NCBI GenBank assembly: GCA_964016885.1
Contig: OZ024741.1
Coordinates: forward strand, 238,142,001-238,206,000
DNA from: Eledone cirrhosa
Lineage: Eukaryota
DNA: 64,000 nt
Direction: 5' to 3'
Shown here: positions 50,811 through 61,625 of the stretch, in pieces
Position numbering within the stretch: position 1 is the first letter of the stretch
How the letters are laid out: each line of letters begins with the position of its first letter
Notes under the pieces: model-generated
Database searches by the model: none
What the model saw: only the letters and a program-made list of their open reading frames with translations
Told to the model about the DNA's origin: nothing
Position numbers and translations under genes: made by a program

Positions 50811-51580
50811 TTGTTTGTGTAATACAAACATGAAATAACAAGATTCTTGTGAAAGTGAAGCAGGTCAATGATTTTTATATAATAACATCACTATACTAAA
50901 TATCACGTTTCTAGGCCAGAGATTTCTGGTTAAATTTTGTTAACAAATCTTTAACAGAATAAAACTGATTTTATAGAAATTAGTAAGTAAAAAAAAAAGG
51001 AAGTATAATGATTAATTTCTATTTCTACTGCATGGAATGCAAAATTTAACTTTATTCTGTCAGAGAAAACTACATTTCAAACTTATCAATTTTAATATTT
51101 AATAATATTCCTGTGAAAAAGTAGACAATAACCAGAAGGCATATTACTGGGGTTTTTTTCTAAATGAAATATTTAAAATACAAAATGAAAACCTTATTGG
51201 AGATTACTAATTTATGTTCAGAACAAAGAAGAATGATGAAGTGATTTTATTATATAGCATTTTAAATATATATCATAAGAACATCTTTATATGGTTTTAT
51301 ATTATAAATGGTGGTACATAAATTAAAATTAAACTAAAATTTGGGACTTAACAAATAAAATAAAATATAGAGAGAACAAAAATACTTCAATAAATAAAAA
51401 TTAAGTGTAGGGTTTTGCAATAGATAATGTATTAGCGAGGTAAATTAAGGGACACATATGATGTAGGAGACTATTTCTGCATAATTGGAAGAAATATAGA
51501 GTTGATATTCCTATCTCAATATACTGTATTCTACATTTGGTGTGTGAGGGAATTATTTAACAATAGTGATGGGACATCTA

Positions 51581-51660
51581 CTATGTTGGCTGTAGATAGG
51601 TATCTTGTACTTGTTGTCCCTTTTGTATTGTGGCTGGAACTGGATTGTCATTGGTATATT
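51581..51660 (-). CDS. Protocadherin G7 last coding exon
   Basis: TTTTCCAG acceptor, 80 nt to TAG TAG. Confidence 0.85.
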
Positions 51661-51817
51661 CTGGAAAATATAAAATATAGAAACAGAAATTATATTTCAA
51701 TATAACAACACTGTAAAGATATAAACATTGAGGTTATATAACACTTACTATAACATTACATATTGTCTTACAGTAATAAAGGGAATTACATTTCTATGTT
51801 GTTTAGATAAAAGTTAC

Positions 51818-51965
51818 CTGATTGTGCAGATATCTCTTCATATGGTTTACCCTTGCCAATACTTTTGTAACCTTCTCTGCTTTTTTGTGATGTTAAGGTG
51901 TCACTGTTGTAGTTAGACATGCTGAGACTGGTGCGACCTTCATGACTATGGATTGAATCACATCT
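51818..51965 (-). CDS. Protocadherin G7 148-nt exon
   Basis: GACAG acceptor, CAG|GTAACT donor; ...KGKPYEEISAQS. Confidence 0.82.
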
Positions 51966-52700
51966 CTGTCAATTATAAAAGATATCAGAGTGAAACATCA
52001 TGTTAGCTTGAATAAATCTTTATGTTTATTATGTAAAATAAAAGAATTTAAAGAATGGAAGAATCATACCAACAGAGATATTATAAGAAAATATTCTCTC
52101 TGTTAATGTAAATAATTTTGAGATCTAATTGTGTAAAAGATGAAATTTACTCTTAAGAAAATCCAAAAATCTAAATACAGCAAAATGTAAATAAAAATAT
52201 AAATAAAAGTATAAATTTAAAACAACATTTTAAGAATTTCACAAAAATAATTGTGTTTCTTTTTATCTAATGATACCATGGATCCTCACTTGAAATGCTT
52301 CCTACAAAAAGACAACATACTGGAAAAGTTTTTTTTGAAAGACCAGTAATAACCCATGCATGAAAGTCAACTAACTTAACACCAAGATTGAGGTTTAAAG
52401 AAAAAGCAAAGGACAATACAGCTGAGTACCAGTGACATTTAAGTTGAAGTCAAAATGCAGAGGGATGAAAGTATCACTTCCAACACTGTAACAATTCCGC
52501 TAATCCATAGCACTGGACTAATATTTTATACATTGTCACCGAAAGGATGATAGAAAGGTTGACCTTAGAAGGACTGAATACAAAGTGCAGAGAGCTGGAA
52601 CAAATAGAGTAAGGCATTCAATAAGATATGCTATGACTTAATCAATGGGTTATCAAACATATATTATTCAATACTAGAATTTGTGTAAACAAATATTTAC

Positions 52701-55097
52701 CTGTGGAACTGGTGGAAGTCTCCTTTGTGTTGTTGAGAATTTCCACTCATCTGGTAGCTGTTCCATCTCTGGATAAAACTGACTTTTAGATTTTATTGTC
52801 TGGAGATTTCTGTTAAATATCTCTTCTGCATTTCTAGTTATTGCAACAGGATTGTTGGTATGATACAGTAATTGTCTCATCTCAGTCTGAGACAGAAAGT
52901 TTGGATTATCTGCTGTTGTAGGTGAGTTATTGGTGTGATTAATACATCTGAAAACACACAGTGTTATTGACACTACAATAGCCACAGATATTATTACAGC
53001 TGCTGCTACAATGATAATTACCCAAGTCATATTGAGATTGTTACCAGTCTGTAAGTGGACAGCATTCAACATTGGAGATGTATCATTACTAACAAACAGT
53101 GTTAGCATGATAACAGTTGTTGCTGATTGAACTGGAGTACCACCATCTTTCACTATAAACTGTAGGTCATATGTTCCTGCATCATTTTGGTAAACTGTCC
53201 GAGAGAAAGATAAGACACCAGTGTGGGAGTTGACTGTAAACAGGTTTTTATCATTAGATCTCAGTATTCCATATGTGAGGAAAGCATTGTTTCCAGTGTC
53301 TTTGTCAGAAGCTTTCAGAATTGTGATGTCTTTCTTACTGTGAGGATGGTAGTGGACATCTAGATTGTAAGGGTCATTAATAGGAAAGGTAAAATAAGGA
53401 GCATTATCATTTTTATCTAGAATCTCAATAACAATATTGGCAGTGTCATTCAGAGAAGGTGTTCCATTATCTTTGACTAAAACCTGGAATTTATAGATGT
53501 CTTTTACTTCCCGATCTATTGATTGGGATGTAGAAATAAATCCATATTTTGTAAGTTGGAAAGGAATGTTATCATTGATGTTATCATTGATGATAGAATA
53601 TGTAAGTAGACCTCCATCTCCAAGATCAGGGTCAGTAGCATTGATGAAGCCAATAGGGAAGTCAACTTTCTGGTTTTCATAGGTGAGGAATTGGAATGTA
53701 TCTTTGGTAAAATGTGGCTGTACATCATTGACATCAGTTACTTTGACAGAGAAATATTTCTTAGTTTCTAGTTGAGGTGATCCCATGTCATGACATACAA
53801 TAGATACTTTATAGTGGTCCTTTATTTCTCTATCAAGTTGTCCCTTAATAATTAAATTGTATTCTTTAGACTCTATTTTAGCAAGTTTAAATTTATCATG
53901 TTTTAAATCACAGCTAACCTCACCATTAGGTCCAACATCAGTGTCAGTGACCATAACATAAGCTATAAAACTACCAATTTTACTTGCTTCTGAAACTGCT
54001 GTGGAACTTTCTGTTAAAGGTGATACAAAATCTATATTTATCACTGGAGCATTATTCTGGTTATTGATTGTGTGAATTCGAACTGTGGTAATAGACTTTT
54101 TTGGTGGAATGCCTCCATCACGTGCTTCAATAAATAATTTATAAGATTGCATCTTACTAGAGTGAAAATTTTCATGTAAAAATATCTCTCCAGTTTTCTT
54201 ATCTAATACAAAATATTTCTGGGCATTTCGAGATGTTTTATGGTTGAAATGATAAGAAATCATTCCATTGTTTCCAGAATCTAGGTCTGTGGCTTTTACT
54301 TTAAGGATTGGTAAATGCCTTTGATGTGAATTATTTATAGATATGTTGTACACTTTCTGTGAAAGTACAGGTGTGTTATCATTTACATCTGTCACAGCTA
54401 TGTGTACTTTGAGGGTAGCTGTTTGGGGAGGGTTCCCTCCATCTCTAGCTTCAAGTGTCAACATATATGAGTCTTTTACTTCCCTGTCTAATTTCTCTTC
54501 TAGAATCAGTTCAGGTATAAAGACACCATCATCTTGCTTTGTGATAGAGAGAGAAAATGGTTCTCTCTTACTTTCCTTAATGTATGTAATATGAGAATTC
54601 TGTATTGAAACATCTTGATCAATGGCATTTGGAAGAGAGATTTTACTTCCTTTCAAGTCTCTTTCTGAAAATTCAATTTCAACTTCATCCTCTGGAAATT
54701 CTGGTGAATGATCATTGATGTCTTCTATTAATATTTTTATCTTAAGAATTTTCATAAAGTTTTCTCCCTTCCTCACTGCTACTTTAACAATTCTGGAACA
54801 TTCCTTGTTATATGTACACAGTGATTCAGCATCCAGTGTCTGTGTAGTGTATAGTTTTCCTGTGTTGGTGACATTAAATAAGTGAGAACCACTTGACACT
54901 GTCCTTTGTAGTTGTGTAAATGTAATGAGAGTGTGTTGTTGATGTGTAAGAGAGTGTGTTAAGTTAGAATCAACAGCAATGTCTCCTATATAGGTGTGAG
55001 GACTGTCTTCTTCATTGACATGATATGTAATGTCTATAGACAGTACAAGGGTCATCAGTAAATGTAGTAGACAGAGTAGACCAATATATGTTGTCAT
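52701..55097 (-). CDS. Protocadherin G7 large exon (799 codons)
   Basis: Intact ORF; donor CAG|GTAAAT; acceptor at 55135. Confidence 0.95.
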
Positions 55098-57230
55098 GTC
55101 TGGAATTCTTCATCATACTTTAGCAGTAGAAATTTCTACAAAAGACAATAGAAATATTCAAAATCTAAATCTCATGCAATATTAATACCATTCCATATCC
55201 ACCATAAGATGTATGAATTATAAAAGTTTCACAGTGTGTACGTAACTCTGTTAAAATATATAAAATAATTAATTCTTGTGACAAAGTAAAATGTAGTTTA
55301 ACCTTTGAACAATAAAATATCAATATAGTGTCATTTAATAATTTAGTAACACATCTATGGTAAGGAAATAAATAACCACTAGTCTTACCATCAGAAGGTT
55401 AAAAGTTGGTTTTCATATCAGCATTGAAATTTCTAAAGTGTCTATTATTAGAGGGGTAAAGCAGCAACCAGTCCAGCTTAAGGGCCAAACTGCAGAAATT
55501 GTTGACATAGCTGAGCACTGCCCTTGCTAAAGATGGCAACTAAAAAACTGATGTGAAAAAGAAACTTCACAAAGCTGAAGCTGTCGTTCAACACCTAATG
55601 CCTGTGTGATATAACTCTTTAATCAGCCAAGGCACAAAACTTTGCCTGTATAAGTGAATGATTGTGACAATGGCACCGTATGCATGTGAGACATTAAAAA
55701 AATGTAGTCACCACCATATGTTGGTAGAAGATGCTTGGTCATGACCTACTTACGTCCACAAAGAGACCAGTGTGGGTCTTTTGTGAATAGAAGCCAGATG
55801 GGATTGTATATAGAAGGCAAGGGAGACTCACAAAGACTTGATTGAAGTCTATAGAGGAAGACCTGGCAGACATGGGCCATGATTTGAAGCATGACAAGGC
55901 TCGCAATGGGGGCAAAATGAACTAAAGAAGAAAAAATAATTATTTGCATGTATGTCTCTCTTCACTTCATGATGACACAACTTGGGCAGCTGGTGCTATT
56001 GATTTATGTACTGCAGCTCAAAGATCCGATGTGTGATAACCAGGAACATACAAAAAAGTCATGGTTGGTGTCAGGAAGGGCATCTAGGCCAAAATGTCAT
56101 ATCCTGTTCATGTCAGTATCAAAAAGCAGATGTAAAAATGACGATGAAGATGATATTAAAATAGAATATAGAAGTAGTGTGGTTAGACATCAGAGTAATG
56201 GGCCTCATAAATGAGATATCATAAGACTGTGATATACTGGATGGCAGACACACAGCCTATCGAAACATGCACAAATGGATGTTAAAACATTGAAAATAAT
56301 AATTTGTAACAAACTTGAGGGAAGGGGTTAGTCAGTTACATCAACCTCAATACTTCACAGGTACTTTACTTTATCTACCCTAGAAGGATGAAAGGCAAAA
56401 TTGATTTTGGTGTGATCAGAACATAGATGATAATGAACATAATGATAATGAATTAATAATATGTGAATGGTGCTATTGATGTGGCTATATGATACATCAT
56501 CATTGTTTAATGTCTATTTTCCATATGAATTACCATTAAGCTGCATCAGTAAACATCAACCAGAATAGACAACTATCATAAAAGATCCTCACAGCAATAA
56601 TTAAACTGTAATGGAACTCTCTCTATATTTGTCTTTAATATTTCACTTTGTTTCACTTTTCATGGGGAAGGTAATGAAAGTCACAGATCCACACTGAGGA
56701 TAAGTTTAACCCTGACATTGTATGAAAGCAATCACTGATAACACAGATTGAGAAGGAAGACCCAAAGAGTGGTAACCAGTGGGGGAAAAGATACACTATT
56801 GCAGTATCTAAATCAAATGTCACCAACAAAAGAATATAAACTGCATTTCTAACTATATTTTATGTCACACATTGCCTTTCTTCATCTAAAATGAAAATGT
56901 TCAAGATTTAAGCAATCTTTTTCTTTTAGATTAACAATAAGAAATAAACTTTTTTGTGATATTGATGAAACATATATATGAAGTATATCAGCAATTACAA
57001 TGCGGAAGAATCATTTTAGACATAAAACACACACACACATATATATATTTCTAAAACAGGTTATAGTACATTATTACCATTATTACAGTATTGAAACAAT
57101 TCATTCAGTCTGAAATTATATATTGTATATTTCCTGACATCATATTAAAGAATCTTCCATTTTTAAATGACTAGCAAGGTAAACATGAACATGATGATGA
57201 GACATACACACACACATACACACATATACA

Positions 57231-58010
57231 TACTCCCTCCACAACACTTATATCAAAAAGTCTTCTTGTGAACGTGACCTGGGCATTATTGTCAGCAGCA
57301 ATTTGCGTTGGACGAAGCACATCTCTAAAATTGTCGAGAAAGCTGAGGGTGTCTTGGCATCACTCAGCAAGACCTTTGTCAGCTGCTCTCCAGCTATCTA
57401 TTTAAAGCTGTATATAGCTATGGTGCGGCCACACTTAGAATTTGCATCACCAGTCTGGAACCCCCATCTTGCTCAGAAGATTGACCTCCTGGAAACTGTT
57501 CAGAGACGTGCAACCAAGCGAGAACCCTCCATCAGGCATCTACCATACTCTGAACGCCTTGCTTCCCTGGGCATGGATACATTGAAGCTCCGACGTCTGG
57601 CAACTGACTTGGTAAATACCCACAAAATTATTAACCATCTTGCCAACAACAACCCTGAGCACTTTTTTGAATTCCTTATGTCTAACACACGTGGGCATGC
57701 CTACAAAGTCAGAAAACAGCACAGCACACAGAAACATTTTTTCACACTCAGAGTTGCTGAAGCATGGAACAAACTACCTGCATCAGTTATTAGCTGCCGA
57801 GATACTGCATCCTTTAAAACCTCCATGCTTCCTGAAATTCGCCAACACTACACCTAATATCCCCCTCCATACACATGCACATATGTATATCATGACTCAT
57901 ATACTGTTCACTTCCCTGACATTTGTACATTATTCTATGTACTATACATGCACCTTTGATGAGTTGTAGTGCAACTGAGCACTGTACACAATAATTTAAT
58001 TATTATTACT
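57231..58010 (+). mobile_element. CR1/L2-group LINE 3' end, relatively young
   Basis: Open frame YSLHNTYIKKSSCERDLGIIVSSNLRWTKH...MVRPHLEFASPVWNPH...LETVQRRATK...WNKLP, then 3'UTR and (ATT)n tail. Confidence 0.9.
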
Positions 58011-58011
58011 A

Positions 58012-58965
58012 TTATTATGTATATATATATCATCATCAGTTTGAGTTAAAATACACCTAGTAAATGAGTTAAATGTACTCATAATACTATTACTATTATA
58101 TTATATGTGTGTTTATATATATATATATATATATACACACACATACATATAAATAGAAACTGCGGTGCTGAGACCAAGTCGAGATTTTACATATCTCTCT
58201 CTCTCTCTATATATATATATAACAGGGAAAGTGGATGTTAAACGATGATGATGATGATATATATATATAATGTGCATACATAACTAAATATTTCGTCCAT
58301 CAACCATTGTATCAGATCTAAAATTCTAAAACTAAAATATGCAGTTCTTTACTGTTGTTATTTAGCCGCACGTCAGTCCTGAATGAGCAAACCTATAACT
58401 ATAAGCATTTCAGCCATAACAATCCCGTGATTTTGCAGGCATTGTACATGGAAGACTACATTATCTAATATGTCATTGGCCTCAGTAAGATGATAGAGAT
58501 ACAGTTACTACTTTTAACAGGCCAGGCAACCATGTAACGACTGCCTTGTGGGCTGCTTTTACCAACAACTATAGTTCTTGTTGGTGGAGGTGATAAATAT
58601 ATCTTCCAGTACTCCATTGCTTCAGTCCCTGCACACACACACACACACATATATATAGTAATAATAATTATAATAAGTATGGTACTAAGGAAAAACAGGA
58701 ATAACTAGACAAGATGAATTGGTCAGAAGGAGAAAATTACTTGACCTACACAAATGAAAAAATTTAATTTGATTTATCTTCGTGTGTGTATGTATATATG
58801 TATATACGTGTATATACATGTATATATATATATATCAGAGCTCTTACATAGCTGACGTTTCAGTCTCTATATATACAACATGGCAGAAATTTACAACTGT
58901 TATCTTAGTTTTTTGTCGTTGGAAGTGATCCTGTGTATATATATATATATATATATACATACACG
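58012..58965. repeat. Cluster of (TA)n, (CA)n, (TC)n and (GAT)n microsatellites
   Basis: Directly visible at ~58015, 58113-58150, 58193-58220, 58632-58656, 58782-58834 and 58935-58960. Confidence 0.8.
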
Positions 58966-59097
58966 GACAAGCACATATAACATGGCAGTCATTTTTAGAT
59001 GCTATCCTTAACCTGTGTTTCATGATAAATATATATAACATAAATGTTATAGTGAAGAAAGAAAGAGAAAGGGAGAAACAGAAACAGAGGGACTTAC

Positions 59098-59428
59098 CTG
59101 CATTGCTTAATCCTTCACTGTATTTGTGTGTGATGAATGTAGTGTGTCCTGCCAGGGTGATCCATTGATACTGCTGCTATTGCAATGGAGCTAAAGTGTA
59201 ACTGCTGCTACTGTAGTGGTGTTGAAGTGCAGCTGCTACTGTGGTGTTCCTGTGTAACTGCTGCTGCTGCAGTAGTGTAACTGCCAGTGTGACAGTAGTT
59301 TTATGTAGAGGGAGGGGGATGTTAGCCAGATGGTGTTGGGGTGATAGTTACAACACTATGTCCTCCACACACACACACAATAGTGTGTATCAGGAACAAA
59401 GAAAAAAGCCATCAGCCTCACTTTCAAT
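59098..59428 (-). other. Leader exon L7 (of G7)
   Basis: Ends GCAATGCAG|GTAAGT; longest leader (extra internal repeats). Confidence 0.7.
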
Positions 59429-59480
59429 ATTGAAAGAAATATATAAAATCTCTCTCATCCAATAGGAAATTACTGCAATG
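59410..59480 (-). promoter_or_regulatory. Promoter P7 (CCAAT 59459-59463)
   Basis: Conserved motif. Confidence 0.65.
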
Positions 59481-60398
59481 TTGTCTGTGTCATGCAAACA
59501 CATCAAATAATAGAATTCACATGTAAATGAATCTATTTCATAATTTACATATGAAAACATCATGATATGTGAAAGTTAAACAGCTTGGTAGTTTATATAA
59601 TACTAATTCCTGTTATATTTAGTGTTAATAATACAGACTTCTTTACTTTGCTGTTAATTATCTTAAAATTAAATAACTATTTTTAGTATCTTTTATTGTT
59701 AAAATTAATGAATATAATTAATTTCTTTATAATTTATATATCACTATCGATTTTGGCCTGAGGTGATAAACCCTTAGCTTTTGACATAAAATGTCTAAAA
59801 GAATGAGAAAATCCATTACAATTTAGTAATTTTGAGGAAATATATGTTTGATATATTTATGATGTTAATATTGTATATATAATATAAAGTTATTAACAAA
59901 AACTTGAGTATTTAGTAAAGTCAAGGTAATGATGGGGAATAGAATTAATCCTAACTTTAGTTAAATATTAATGTAGCTCTTCCATATCTAACTTACTATA
60001 TTTGTAGTGAAGCTACTCATCTCTGGTATGTTTTGGATGGAAGTTAGAAGATTCTATAGATCCTTTAACTGGAGAAAGATATGAAGTCTATCAGTTTAAT
60101 GACCAATGATTTCATTTTGTTGAATGGAGTAGAAGGTCACTTCTGTTAAAGAAAGGAAAATTAAACTAAGATTGAAAATAAAAAGGGAAAACAACCGAAA
60201 GCCTACAGAATAAAAATGATACTTGGAACAATAAATATTCTTGTTAGTGATGTTACGGTGCTATGGATGATTTTGAAGGTCTTTTATGTAATTTATTTAA
60301 AGGAATTAGAGTTGAAATATTAATATATTCATATAAAGTATTCTAGAAAGTTGATGTGTGCGTGAGGGAATCATTTAACAATAGTGATGGGACATCTA

Positions 60399-60478
60399 CT
60401 ATGTTGGCTGTAGATAGGTATCTTGTACTTGTTGTCCCTTTTGTATTGTGGCTGGAACTGTATTGTCATTGGTATATT
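60399..60478 (-). CDS. Protocadherin G8 last coding exon
   Basis: TTTTCCAG acceptor, 80 nt to TAG TAG. Confidence 0.85.
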
Positions 60479-60595
60479 CTGGAAAATAGAAAATATAGAA
60501 ATAGAAATTATATTTCAATATAACAACTCTGTAAAGATATAAACATTGATGTTATATTACACTAAACATAACATTAAATATTGTCTTACAGTAAT

Positions 60596-60766
60596 TGTCT
60601 CTACTTTAGGCACAAGGCCAGCAATTACCCAGTGCATTACTGGTACTTTATTTTATCGACCCCGTAAGGATGAAAGGCAAGTCACCTCGGCGGGATTCGA
60701 ACTCAGATCGTAAAGGGACGTAACTATGCTGGAAAGCATGGCGTCCGACCCTCTACTGATCCTGCC
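60596..60766 (-). mobile_element. tRNA-derived SINE in the last intron of G8
   Basis: Interrupts TTACAGTAAT^AAAGAGAATT of paralogs; B box GAGTTCGAATCCC on the minus strand. Confidence 0.85.
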
Positions 60767-60811
60767 AATAAAGAGAATTATATTTCTATGTTATGTTTAT
60801 ATAAAAGTTAC

Positions 60812-60959
60812 CTGGTTGTGCAGATATCTCTTCATATGGTTTAGTCTTGCCAATACTTTTGTAACCTTCTCTGCTTTTTTGTGATGTTAAGGTGTCACTG
60901 TTGTAGTTAGACATGCTGAGACTGGTGCGACCTTCATGACTATGGATTGAATCACACCT
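60812..60959 (-). CDS. Protocadherin G8 148-nt exon
   Basis: CCACAG acceptor, CAG|GTAACT donor. Confidence 0.85.
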
Positions 60960-61625
60960 CTGTGGAATATAAAAGAAAGCAGAGTGAATCATGATGTCAA
61001 CTTGAATAAATACTTATATTTATTGTCTAAAATATTTCTGGTGTAACATAAGAAAGAATTCCATTCATCTCGGTTTATCATAAATGAAAGCAGAGCATGA
61101 TCTTAACTTGAATAAACACATATATTCTAGATCATTCCTTGACAGATGTGAGGGAATCATCTTATAAAGTGTAATACCTCTGTAAATTAATAATTTTAAC
61201 AAATCTATTATCATACATATATGACCACTAATTAGTATATGTAATAAACTGAATTGATTTAAGTACATTACCAATAGATTTTGTCACTAAAGTGACAAAG
61301 GAAAACCAATGTCAGGGGTATTTGAAATTAGATAAAGTGACAGCAGTTTTAAGTGGAAGGAAGATGAGGAAAAGGAAGGCTGAGGAGAACTTCGGCAGAA
61401 ATGGTGAAAGCTTGTTCCAAGACTTACATAAACAGTTAGATGGAAGGACTCTGCACTAGAGAGGACCTGAGTGACATGAAAAAACAACCAGGAAAATGAT
61501 GATCAAGATCTATTTAGAAAATGAGCTGATTCATATCATATGTAAAATAAATATTAATATTCTGCTGCAGCAAAAAGACAATTGAATTTAAGTGTTACCT
61601 TTAGATAGAATATTGAAATACTCAC

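Noticed and set aside
55400-56450. Short ORFs 55746-55949 and 55948-56214
   Set aside because: No recognisable motifs; the region contains decayed SINE/RTE tail fragments (AGGAAGGGCATC, GGATGAAAGGCAA).
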